Of a DNA stretch of 64,000 nt, positions 17,537 to 25,935 are shown one piece after another. Position 1 is the stretch's first letter. Every line of letters starts with the position of its first letter. The translations under genes and the position numbers were made by a program. The notes below the pieces were generated by a model. The model worked only from the letters and a program-made list of their open reading frames with translations, was not told where the DNA came from and did no database searches. Origin of the DNA: Thermoplasmata archaeon (lineage in GTDB: Archaea; Thermoplasmatota; E2; JACPAO01; JAHFTW01); contig JAXDQS010000010.1 of assembly GCA_034667725.1 (NCBI GenBank), positions 352,001 to 416,000 of the forward strand. The letters run 5' to 3'.

Positions 17537-19345
17537 ATGCCCACCTACACCTTCCGCTTCGCCGGCGAGTCTGGCGAGGGCGTCATCTCCGCGGGCGAGA
17601 TCGCCTGCCTGGCCTTGTCGGACATCGGCTTCAACGTCTTCACGTTCGAGTCCTACCCCGCCGAGATCAAGGGCGGCCACTGCTGGTACCAGGTCCGCTC
17701 CGGCAACGAGGAGGTGCTGTCCGCCGGCACCGCCGTCGACTGCCTGTGCGCCTTCAACCAGGAAGCGATCGACAGCCACATGAAGGCCGTCGGCAAGGGC
17801 GGCGTGGTGGTCTACGACCCCGGCCAGGTCACCAAGCTCCCCAGCGACCGCCCCGACCTGGTGCTCTACCCGGTCCCCTTCGACACCCTGGTGAAGGAGA
17901 AGGTCCAGTCCCCGAAGTCGAAGAACGTCTTCGCCGTCGCCACCGTCGCGGCCCTCTACGGCATCCCCGCCGCCGAGATCAAGAAGACCATGCAGAAGAA
18001 GTACAAGGGCAAGAACCCGAAGCTGCTGGAGCTCAACGACCTCGCCGTCGACGCCGCCTACGCCCACGTGGCCGGCCTGGAGCGCAAGCACACCGGCGCG
18101 CTGCGCGTCGGCGCCCACGACGAGGAACGCATCCTCCTCAACGGCAACGACGCCATCGCCCTCGGCGCCCTGGTCGCCGGCTGCGACTTCTTCGCCGGCT
18201 ACCCCATCACGCCCGCAAGCAGCATCCTCGAAGCCCTGGCAACCGAGATGCCCAAGCTGGGCCACACCTGCATCCAGGCCGAGGACGAGATGTCCGCGCT
18301 GGCCCACTGCCTCGGCGCCTCCTACGCCGGCAAGAAGCCCGCCACCGCCACCTCCGGCCCCGGCCTGTCGCTGATGCAGGAGCTTCTCGGCCTCGCCTCC
18401 ACCGCCGAGCTGCCCGTCGTCATCATCAACTGCATGCGCGGCGGCCCGTCCACAGGACTGCCGACGAAGCCCGAGCAGAGCGACCTCAACGAGATGGTCT
18501 ACGGCTCCCACGGCGAGGCCAGCCGCATCGTGATCGCCCCCGCCGGCGTCCGCGACTCGTTCTACCAGACCATCTGGGCGTTCAACCTGGCCGAGAAGTA
18601 CCAGGTCCCCGTCATCCTCGCCACCGACCATTCGCTCTCCAACCGCACCGAGAACATCACCCTCCCGAAGCTGAAGGGCACCCCCATCCTGCGCCGCAAG
18701 ATCGCGACCGAGGCCGACCTCGCCGACTACAAGCGCTACAAGCTCACCGCCGACGGCGTGAGCCCCCAGGCCCTCCCCGGCCAGCCGGGCGGCGTCCACG
18801 TCGCCGAGGGCCTCGAGCACAACGAGTACGGCAACCCCAACTACACCGGCCCCAACCACGAGGCCATGATCCGCAAGCGCCTGCACAAGATCGACGACGC
18901 CTGGGACTACCCCGGCGCGGTCGAGCGCTTCGGCGACGAGAACCCCGACGTCCTGGTGGTCACCTGGGGCAGCACCAAGGGCCCCACCAAGGAGGCCGTC
19001 ACCGCCGCCCTGCACGAAGGCAAGAAGGTCGGCTACGTCGTCCCCAAGATCCTCAACCCGCTGCCCGTCAAGGGCTTCCTTGACCTCGTCGCCGCCGCCC
19101 CCCAGGTCATCGTCGCCGAGATGAACCACACCGGCCAGCTCGAAGGCCTGCTGCGGAAGCACATCGCGCGCGACTTCGTCCGCCTCAACAAGGTCCAGGG
19201 CAGCCCCATGACCTGGCTCGAGATCAAGGAGAAGATCGACGGCGTCGTCGCCGGCACCATCCGCGCCCAGCCGACCCATGGCAGCGTGGCGCCCACCCAC
19301 AGCCCCAAGGGCAAGCCGCCCCAGACCCAGGAGGTCGACGCTTGA
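17537..19345 (+). CDS. korA: 2-oxoacid:ferredoxin oxidoreductase alpha subunit (gamma-alpha fusion)
   Basis: AGESGEG, EIKGG, YPITPAS, EDE, TSGPG, RGGPSTGLPTKPEQSD. Confidence 0.93.
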   Translation: MPTYTFRFAGESGEGVISAGEIACLALSDIGFNVFTFESYPAEIKGGHCWYQVRSGNEEVLSAGTAVDCLCAFNQEAIDSHMKAVGKGGVVVYDPGQVTKLPSDRPDLVLYPVPFDTLVKEKVQSPKSKNVFAVATVAALYGIPAAEIKKTMQKKYKGKNPKLLELNDLAVDAAYAHVAGLERKHTGALRVGAHDEERILLNGNDAIALGALVAGCDFFAGYPITPASSILEALATEMPKLGHTCIQAEDEMSALAHCLGASYAGKKPATATSGPGLSLMQELLGLASTAELPVVIINCMRGGPSTGLPTKPEQSDLNEMVYGSHGEASRIVIAPAGVRDSFYQTIWAFNLAEKYQVPVILATDHSLSNRTENITLPKLKGTPILRRKIATEADLADYKRYKLTADGVSPQALPGQPGGVHVAEGLEHNEYGNPNYTGPNHEAMIRKRLHKIDDAWDYPGAVERFGDENPDVLVVTWGSTKGPTKEAVTAALHEGKKVGYVVPKILNPLPVKGFLDLVAAAPQVIVAEMNHTGQLEGLLRKHIARDFVRLNKVQGSPMTWLEIKEKIDGVVAGTIRAQPTHGSVAPTHSPKGKPPQTQEVDA

Positions 19346-20295
19346 GCCCGAACCCCCCCACCGCCACCCCCGGCCACGCCCTCCCCGAGGCCGACCACGT
19401 CAAGCCCATCAGCAAGCCGAGCCAGCTTCCGGTCTCCGGCGACCTGACCGCCAAGGACTACAAGGGCACCCTGCCCCCGGTCTGGTGCCCCGGCTGCGGC
19501 GACTTCGCCGTCCTCAACGCCATGCAGAAGGCGCTCGCCGACCTCAAGCTCCCGCCCCACGAGGTCGTCTTCGTCTCCGGCATCGGGTGCAGCAGCCGCT
19601 TCCCCCACTTCATGAACGCCTACGGCTTCCACGCCGTCCACGGCCGCAGCCTGCCCGTCGCGGTCGGCGTCAAGCTCGCCATGCCCGACAAGACCGTCAT
19701 CGCGGTCGGCGGCGACGGCGACGGCATGGCCATCGGCGCCGGCCACTTCGTCCACACCGCGCGCCGCAACCCCAAGCTCGCCTACGTCATGATGGACAAC
19801 GAGATCTACGGCCTCACCAAGGGCCAGGCCTCGCCCACCTCCGAGGTCGGCCTCAAGACCAAGACGACGCCGTTCGCGGCCCCCCTCAAGTCCGCCGACC
19901 AGCCCGTCAACCCGCTCGCCCTCGCCCTGATCTCGGGCGCCACCTGGGTCGCGCGCGGCTACTCGGGCAAGGTCAAGGAGCTCACCGACCTGATCAAGCA
20001 GGCCATCCAGCACGACGGCTACGCCTTCCTCCAGGTCGTGAGCCCCTGCGTGACGTTCCACGACATCTACGAGGCCGCCAAGGCGAACCAGCGCCAGCTC
20101 GAGCCCACCCATGACCGGCACGACAAGTTCGCCGCCATGAAGGCCGCCATGACCGACCACTGGGTCACCGGCGTGTTCTACGAGGAGACCCGGCAGCACT
20201 TCCACGCCGCGCTGGACAGCCAGAAGGCCGACGCCGCCGCCCGCAAGGGCACCGGCCTCGCCGCCCTCGCGGCGCGCATCACGGCGACGGCGTAG
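19342..20295 (+). CDS. korB: 2-oxoacid:ferredoxin oxidoreductase beta subunit (TPP-binding)
   Basis: WCPGCGD, SGIGCS, HGR, GGDGD, DNEIYGLTKGQASPT. Confidence 0.94.
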   Translation: MSPNPPTATPGHALPEADHVKPISKPSQLPVSGDLTAKDYKGTLPPVWCPGCGDFAVLNAMQKALADLKLPPHEVVFVSGIGCSSRFPHFMNAYGFHAVHGRSLPVAVGVKLAMPDKTVIAVGGDGDGMAIGAGHFVHTARRNPKLAYVMMDNEIYGLTKGQASPTSEVGLKTKTTPFAAPLKSADQPVNPLALALISGATWVARGYSGKVKELTDLIKQAIQHDGYAFLQVVSPCVTFHDIYEAAKANQRQLEPTHDRHDKFAAMKAAMTDHWVTGVFYEETRQHFHAALDSQKADAAARKGTGLAALAARITATA

Positions 20296-20304
20296 CCCCG
20301 CCCG

Positions 20305-20595
20305 CTACCCGTCCAGGACGCCCAGCAGGATGCCGAGCGCAAGCTCCATCAGGCCGCCCATGACCTCGGCCCCGAAGTCCACCTCGGGCACCTTGTGCTG
20401 GCGCCGCGCCACCGCCGACTTGACCTTCCGCACCGCCCACCACGTCCGGAGCCATCCGAAGCCAAGCGCCCGCAGGTCGCGGCGCAGGCTGCCCCACGCC
20501 CGCCGCGCCACCTTCTCGTCGCGCGCCGCCGGCGCCAGCAGGTCCTCGGTGTGCCGCTCCAGCACGGCGCGGACCTGCGCCTCGTGGCCGGTCAT
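20305..20595 (-). CDS. Small hypothetical protein with C-terminal hydrophobic segment
   Basis: Fills the gap; ATG overlaps the upstream ORF stop. Confidence 0.5.
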   Translation of the reverse strand: MTGHEAQVRAVLERHTEDLLAPAARDEKVARRAWGSLRRDLRALGFGWLRTWWAVRKVKSAVARRQHKVPEVDFGAEVMGGLMELALGILLGVLDG

Positions 20596-20828
20596 GCGCC
20601 CACCGCGTCCAGCACGGCCTCGGCCGCCACGTCGTCCCACCGGCCGCGCAGCCGCCGCGCGCCGCGCGCGCACTGCCGCACCAGCCGCTTGGCGGCGCGG
20701 CGCCGCAAGCCCGCGGCCCGCAGCGCGTGGTAGGCGCGCCGGCGGACGCCGCGGCGGGCCAGCGTGGCAAGCAGGCCGGGGCGGGCAAGCTCGCGCATCA
20801 TGGCGGCAAGGACGCCGCGGGGCTCCAT
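20592..20828 (-). CDS. Small Arg-rich hypothetical protein
   Basis: ATG start; 4-nt overlap with the next ORF. Confidence 0.45.
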   Translation of the reverse strand: MEPRGVLAAMMRELARPGLLATLARRGVRRRAYHALRAAGLRRRAAKRLVRQCARGARRLRGRWDDVAAEAVLDAVGA

Positions 20829-20853
20829 GGAGGCCCCAGGCGCGGGCGCGGCT

Positions 20854-21537
20854 TCAAGGCTGGCGGTCCAGGGGCGGGCCGCAGCGGTAGCCGTCGAGCG
20901 ACCAGTGGTCGGCGGGGGTCACGAGCCGCACCTTGGCCCAGTCGCCGCACAGCCGGGCCAGCCAGACGGCGGTGTCGCCTTCCGTCACCTTGTAGGCGTC
21001 GAGGCCGCCCAGCACGTCCACGCGCTCCCAGGCGACGACCTCCAGGTCCACCGAGTTGGAGAACGGCTCGGGGGCGCCGCCGTCGCGCGCCCAGGTGCCG
21101 CGGCAGGTCTCGGACCAGCGGGCGCCCGCCTCGAGCCGGCCCGGCCGGCCTGGGCAGGCGTCGAACCGGAAGCGGGCGGCCTCGTTGGCGACGACGGCGC
21201 CACCCTTGGCCACCACCGTCTCGGAGTCGATGGCGTGACGGGCGCGGGTGGCGGGGTCGTTCCAGTGGACGGCGTCGTCGGTGCGCACGATGTCGTCCCA
21301 CGCCGTCACCTCATGGATGGCGACGCGCTCCAGCAGACGGGGCGCGCCGGCCACGTCGAGCGGAGCCGGCGGCAGCAGCGTCGCCTCCAGGGTCCAGCGG
21401 GCGTCGGGCGCGAACGAGCCGCGCGTGCCCGACGCGGTCCACCCAAGCAGGACCTCGGCGCCGGCCGGCGTCGGCTGCACGCAGCCCGCGACGGCCAGGA
21501 GGGCGAGCGCCAGCAGGGCCGGCCGCGGCAGCCTCAT
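20854..21537 (-). CDS. Hypothetical lipoprotein
   Basis: Lipobox LALLAVAG-C; coupled to the upstream gene. Confidence 0.75.
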   Translation of the reverse strand: MRLPRPALLALALLAVAGCVQPTPAGAEVLLGWTASGTRGSFAPDARWTLEATLLPPAPLDVAGAPRLLERVAIHEVTAWDDIVRTDDAVHWNDPATRARHAIDSETVVAKGGAVVANEAARFRFDACPGRPGRLEAGARWSETCRGTWARDGGAPEPFSNSVDLEVVAWERVDVLGGLDAYKVTEGDTAVWLARLCGDWAKVRLVTPADHWSLDGYRCGPPLDRQP

Positions 21538-22385
21538 GCTCCGCGCCGCCGGGCCCGCGCCGTCACGGCGACGGCGGCGGCAAGGGCGGCCAGGGCCGCG
21601 GGCGCCTCCAGGCCCGGGCCGTCGAGGTGGCCCAGCCGCTTGTCGGCCTCGGGGTTGAAGAAGCGAATCTGCCAGGGCGATGAAGTGTCGAAGCCTTGGA
21701 GCTCCATCGTGGGCTGGTCGCCCGTGCGCGTGAAGGTGCCGTTGTAGCCGACGCCGACGACCTCCTGGACGACCCAGCCTGCCGGGGCGCGGACGACGAC
21801 GGACTCGATGACGGGCTTGGACACTTCGACCGCGCTGTCGGTGGGCAGCCCGGCGGTCGCGTTCGGTTGCGCGCCGTGGAGGGTCATGCGGGAGAAGTCG
21901 TGGGCGACGTGGAAGCCGTACTCGCGCACCGCCTGGGTCTCGAAGTCGGCGAACGGCACCTCGGCGCCGAGGGTGGAGCCGTCGTGGGCCTGGGCGGGTT
22001 CGTCGTAGAAGCCGTGGCCGAGGTGGCGCCACGTCGTGGCGTAGACCGGGCGGATCGGGGTCGCGGTGGTGTAGGGGGCGCCCGGCGCGAGGAACAGGCT
22101 CTTGTTGCCCATGTCGAGGCCGCCGGGCCAGAGCTTGAGGGTGCCGTAGCGGAACGCCTCGGCCTCCGCCTGGGAGGCGCGGCCGTCGCCGTTGAGGTCC
22201 ACGTCGGCCCAAGACGACTGCCTGGCCGTCTCGTTGAGGTCCTCGTCCACGGTGATGCGCACTTGGCGGAAGCCGTCGGTGGGCTCGATGACGACGATGC
22301 AGAAGGCGTCCGGCGGCGCCTCGGCGGCCACGCTCGGGGCCAGCACGGCCGCGACCAGGACGGCGAGGGCCGCCCGCAACGTCAT
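21534..22385 (-). CDS. Secreted surface protein with PGF-CTERM-like tail
   Basis: Signal peptide; DLNGDG Ca-loop; GPGL-hydrophobic-RARRR C-terminus. Confidence 0.7.
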   Translation of the reverse strand: MTLRAALAVLVAAVLAPSVAAEAPPDAFCIVVIEPTDGFRQVRITVDEDLNETARQSSWADVDLNGDGRASQAEAEAFRYGTLKLWPGGLDMGNKSLFLAPGAPYTTATPIRPVYATTWRHLGHGFYDEPAQAHDGSTLGAEVPFADFETQAVREYGFHVAHDFSRMTLHGAQPNATAGLPTDSAVEVSKPVIESVVVRAPAGWVVQEVVGVGYNGTFTRTGDQPTMELQGFDTSSPWQIRFFNPEADKRLGHLDGPGLEAPAALAALAAAVAVTARARRRGA

Positions 22386-23854
22386 TCCTCCAGGATGCGC
22401 TGCAAGACGATGCGCAACCCGGCGGCGGTGGGCCCCTTGCCGAAGTAGTCCATGCCCGCTGTCCAGGCCTTGGAGGCGATGTCGAGGTGGGCCCACTGGG
22501 TGTCCTTGGCGAAGTGCTTCAAAAACGAGCCGCCGATGCTGGTGCCGGCGCGGTTGCTGAGGCTGATGTTCTGCAGGTCGGCGTAGGCGCCCTTGTTGGC
22601 CTCGTCGTACTCCTCGCCCTGGGGAAGCTGCCAGGCCTTGTCGCCGCAGGCGCGCGAGTCCGCCACGAGGCGCTGGGCGAAGCGGTCGTCGCTGGAGAGG
22701 ACGGCGACGTAGGTGGCGCCGACGGCGATGTCGCAAGCCCCTGTGAGGGTGGCCATGTCGACGATCCAGGCCGGCTCGAAGGTGCGGGCGTGCGTGATGG
22801 CGTCGGCCAGGATGAGGCGCCCCTCGGCGTCGGTGTTGAGGACCTCGATGGTGGTGCCGTCCTTGGCGGTCACGATGTCGCCGGGCCGCTGCGCCGTGCC
22901 GCTGGGCATGTTCTCGACGGCGGGCACGATGCCGACGACGCGGTGCTTGACCCCGAGCGCCTTGAGGGTGCCCATGAGTGCCACGGTGTTGCAGGCGCCG
23001 ACCTTGTCGTACTTCATCTCCCACATCTTGTCGCCCGGCTTGAGCGAGATGCCGCCGGAGTCGAAGCAGACGCCCTTGCCGACCACGCAGAGGGTCTTCT
23101 TGGCGCCCTTCGGGTGGTAGTCCATCGTGATGAGCTGCTCCTCGTTCGCGGACCCCTGCGCGACCCCGCACAACGCGCCGAAGCCTTCCCGCCGCAGCTC
23201 CTCGCGGCCCTTGACGGAGACCGAGAAGCCAAGCTTGCGGCCGCGCGCCTTGGCCTCCGCCGCGAGCCACTGGGGCGTGCAGACGTTGGCCGGCGTGTTC
23301 GAGAGCAGGCGCGAGTCGTTGACGGCGCCGGCCACGACGGCGGCGCGCTCGATGGCGCGGCGGGCCGCGGCGGCCGCCTTGCCGTCCACCACGACCTGGA
23401 GCGTCTCGAGCTTGACGGGCTTGGGCTCGTCCGGCTTCTCCTCCTTCTTGCCCTTCCACTGGTCGAAGTCGAGGGCGCCGATCAGGACGCCGTGCGTGAT
23501 GGCCTGCGCGGCGGCGGGATGCCGGACGTCGGAGGCGAGCGTGGTCGCGGCCGTGCGGCAGCCGAGGCTTGCGCAGGCGCGGGCGGCAAGGTTGGCCAGG
23601 GTGCCGACCTTCTCCTGCGTCAGCTTCTTCGGGTCGCCCAGCCCGACGAGCAGCACCCAGCCCTTCGGGGTCGGGACCGAGCGGAGCGCCTTGAACGGCA
23701 AGCCGATGTCCTTGTTGTCCAGGACGGCCTTCACGGTCGGGTCGGCGTGCAGGCCGAACGCCTTCAGCCCAGGAGCCTTGCGCTGGGCGTCCACGCCCAC
23801 CACGAACGCCTGCGCCTTGGCCTGGCTCAAGGAGACGGGGACGACTTCGACCAT
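22382..23854 (-). CDS. pepA: Leucyl aminopeptidase (M17)
   Basis: VGKGVCFDSGGISLK, MKYD, NTDAEGRL, ATLTGA, WAHLDIA. Confidence 0.95.
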   Translation of the reverse strand: MVEVVPVSLSQAKAQAFVVGVDAQRKAPGLKAFGLHADPTVKAVLDNKDIGLPFKALRSVPTPKGWVLLVGLGDPKKLTQEKVGTLANLAARACASLGCRTAATTLASDVRHPAAAQAITHGVLIGALDFDQWKGKKEEKPDEPKPVKLETLQVVVDGKAAAAARRAIERAAVVAGAVNDSRLLSNTPANVCTPQWLAAEAKARGRKLGFSVSVKGREELRREGFGALCGVAQGSANEEQLITMDYHPKGAKKTLCVVGKGVCFDSGGISLKPGDKMWEMKYDKVGACNTVALMGTLKALGVKHRVVGIVPAVENMPSGTAQRPGDIVTAKDGTTIEVLNTDAEGRLILADAITHARTFEPAWIVDMATLTGACDIAVGATYVAVLSSDDRFAQRLVADSRACGDKAWQLPQGEEYDEANKGAYADLQNISLSNRAGTSIGGSFLKHFAKDTQWAHLDIASKAWTAGMDYFGKGPTAAGLRIVLQRILEE

Positions 23855-23947
23855 TGGGCGCGGCAGGAAGGAGATGGCGATAAAGCGAGCGCACCCCCGC
23901 GGCGCACGCCTGACCCCTTATCAACCGCCTCCGAGTCGGCGCCGTTG

Positions 23948-24610
23948 GTGCGCGTCGCCGTCCTGGCCTCCGGCCATGGCTCCAACCTCCAGGCCTTGCT
24001 GGACCACGCCGCCGCCGGCCGGGTCCAGGCCAAGGTCACGCTGCTGGCCACCGACAAGCCGGGCTGCGGCGCCGTCGTCCGCGCCCGCAAAGCCAAGATT
24101 CCCGCGGTCGTCGAGTTGCCGAAGGAGAAAGGGGAAACGTCGCAGGCCTACGACGCCCGCCTTCTCGAAACCCTCCAGGCCGAGCGCCCCGACCTCGTCG
24201 TCCTGGCCGGCTACATGCGCATCGTCGGCCCCGCCATCACCGGCGCCTTCCCCGGACGCATCGTGAACATCCACCCGAGCCTGCTGCCGGGCTTCCGCGG
24301 CCTCGGCGCCGTCGCCCAGGCGCACGCCGCCCGCGTCAAGGTCGCCGGCTGCACCACCCACCTCGTCACCGACGAGCTCGACGGCGGCCCCATCCTCCTC
24401 CAGGCCGCCCTGCTGGTCCGCGACGGCGAGGGCTTGGAGCGGCTGCAGCAGAGAATCCTCCGCCTGGAGCACCTGCTGCTGCCGCGCACGGTGCAGTTGT
24501 TCGCCGAGGGCCGCATCGCGCCCGACGGCCGCATCGCGCCCGGGCCCTCCTGGCTGGGCCTGCCGGGCCTCGACCTGGCCTCCGGCGCGATGTACGGCGA
24601 GGGCTTCTGA
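23948..24610 (+). CDS. purN: Phosphoribosylglycinamide formyltransferase
   Basis: VLASGHGSNLQAL, LAGYMRI, NIHPSLLP, H.V...LDGGPI. Confidence 0.95.
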   Translation: MRVAVLASGHGSNLQALLDHAAAGRVQAKVTLLATDKPGCGAVVRARKAKIPAVVELPKEKGETSQAYDARLLETLQAERPDLVVLAGYMRIVGPAITGAFPGRIVNIHPSLLPGFRGLGAVAQAHAARVKVAGCTTHLVTDELDGGPILLQAALLVRDGEGLERLQQRILRLEHLLLPRTVQLFAEGRIAPDGRIAPGPSWLGLPGLDLASGAMYGEGF

Positions 24611-25935
24611 TGTGGGCCTACCAGGAGGCGCTCGCTTGGCTCTACGCCCGCCAGAAGCTTGGCATCAAGCTCGGACTCGCCAAGGTCGAGCGGTTGCTGG
24701 AGCGCGTCGGCGACCCGCACAAGGCGTTCGCGAGCATCCACGTCGCCGGCACCAACGGCAAAGGCTCCGTGACGCGGATGCTCGCCGACGTGCTGCGCCA
24801 CGCCGGGCTCCGGGTCGGCCACACCACCAGCCCGCACCTCGTGACGTTCCGCGAGCGCATCGAGGTCGACGGCCAGTCCATCGCGGCCGAGCAGGTCGCG
24901 GCCGGGCTCGCCGCCCTCCGCCCCCATGTCGAGGCCTTGGACGCGGACGGCGCCCCGCCGACGTTCTTCGAGGTCGTCACCGCGCTTGCGTTCCTGCACT
25001 TCAAGGAGCAAGGCGTCGCGTGGGCCGCCGTGGAGACCGGCCTCGGCGGGCGCCTGGACGCCACCAACGTCCTCGACCCGCGCCTGACCATCGTGACCAA
25101 CGTCGCGCTCGACCACACCGAGCAGCTCGGCCCCACCGTCGGCGCCATCGCGTGGGAGAAGGCCGGCATCATGAAGCCGGGCGTGCCGTGCGTCACCGCC
25201 TGCCACGGCGAGGCGCTGCTGGTCCTGAAGCTCCGCAGCCGGGAGCTTGGCGTTCCCATGAGCATCATCGGCGAGGACTACACCGTCGTCCCCGACCTGG
25301 AGCACCTGGTCCTGCTGCGGCCGACCGGGGAGTCGCGCTACGCCGTCGGCCTCGCGGGCGCCCACCAGCGCGAGAACGCCGCCGTCGTGGTCGCCGCCGT
25401 CGAGGCGCTCCGCCAGCAGGGCGTCGCCATCCCGGAGGAGGCGGTGCGCCGCGGCCTGCGCTCCGCCTACAACCCCGGTCGCCTCGAAACCTTCCAGCTC
25501 GAGGCGGAGCGCTTGGCCGCCGGCGCCGGCCCGCGCAGCGTCACGGTCCTCGTGGACGGCGCCCACAACCCCGCCGGCGGCGCGGCGCTCCGCCAATACC
25601 TGTTCGACGCCGGCTGGCGCGGCTTCGACCTGGTGGCCGGCTTCTGCGCCGACAAGGCCTGGGCCGAGACCCTCGACAACTGGCTGCTGCCCGCCGCCCG
25701 GCTGTGGGGCGTGCCGGTGCGCAACCCGCGCAGCCTGGACGCCGCCGCCGTGCGCGCGGCCGGCGCCGAGGCGGGCGTGCGCTCCGCCGCCGCGCCCGAC
25801 GTGGCCACCGCGCTCCGGCTTGCCGTCGAGGCGGGCGCCGACCGCATCGTCGTGGCGGGCTCGCTGTTCCTTGCGGGCGAGGCCATCGCGGTGCTGCGCG
25901 GCGAGCCGCTGGAGGAGATCCGTGGCGCGCAGTGA
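24610..25935 (+). CDS. folC: Folylpolyglutamate/dihydrofolate synthase
   Basis: HVAGTNGKGS, TSPHL..FRERI, ETGLGGRLDATN, DGAHNP. Confidence 0.95.
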   Translation: MWAYQEALAWLYARQKLGIKLGLAKVERLLERVGDPHKAFASIHVAGTNGKGSVTRMLADVLRHAGLRVGHTTSPHLVTFRERIEVDGQSIAAEQVAAGLAALRPHVEALDADGAPPTFFEVVTALAFLHFKEQGVAWAAVETGLGGRLDATNVLDPRLTIVTNVALDHTEQLGPTVGAIAWEKAGIMKPGVPCVTACHGEALLVLKLRSRELGVPMSIIGEDYTVVPDLEHLVLLRPTGESRYAVGLAGAHQRENAAVVVAAVEALRQQGVAIPEEAVRRGLRSAYNPGRLETFQLEAERLAAGAGPRSVTVLVDGAHNPAGGAALRQYLFDAGWRGFDLVAGFCADKAWAETLDNWLLPAARLWGVPVRNPRSLDAAAVRAAGAEAGVRSAAAPDVATALRLAVEAGADRIVVAGSLFLAGEAIAVLRGEPLEEIRGAQ

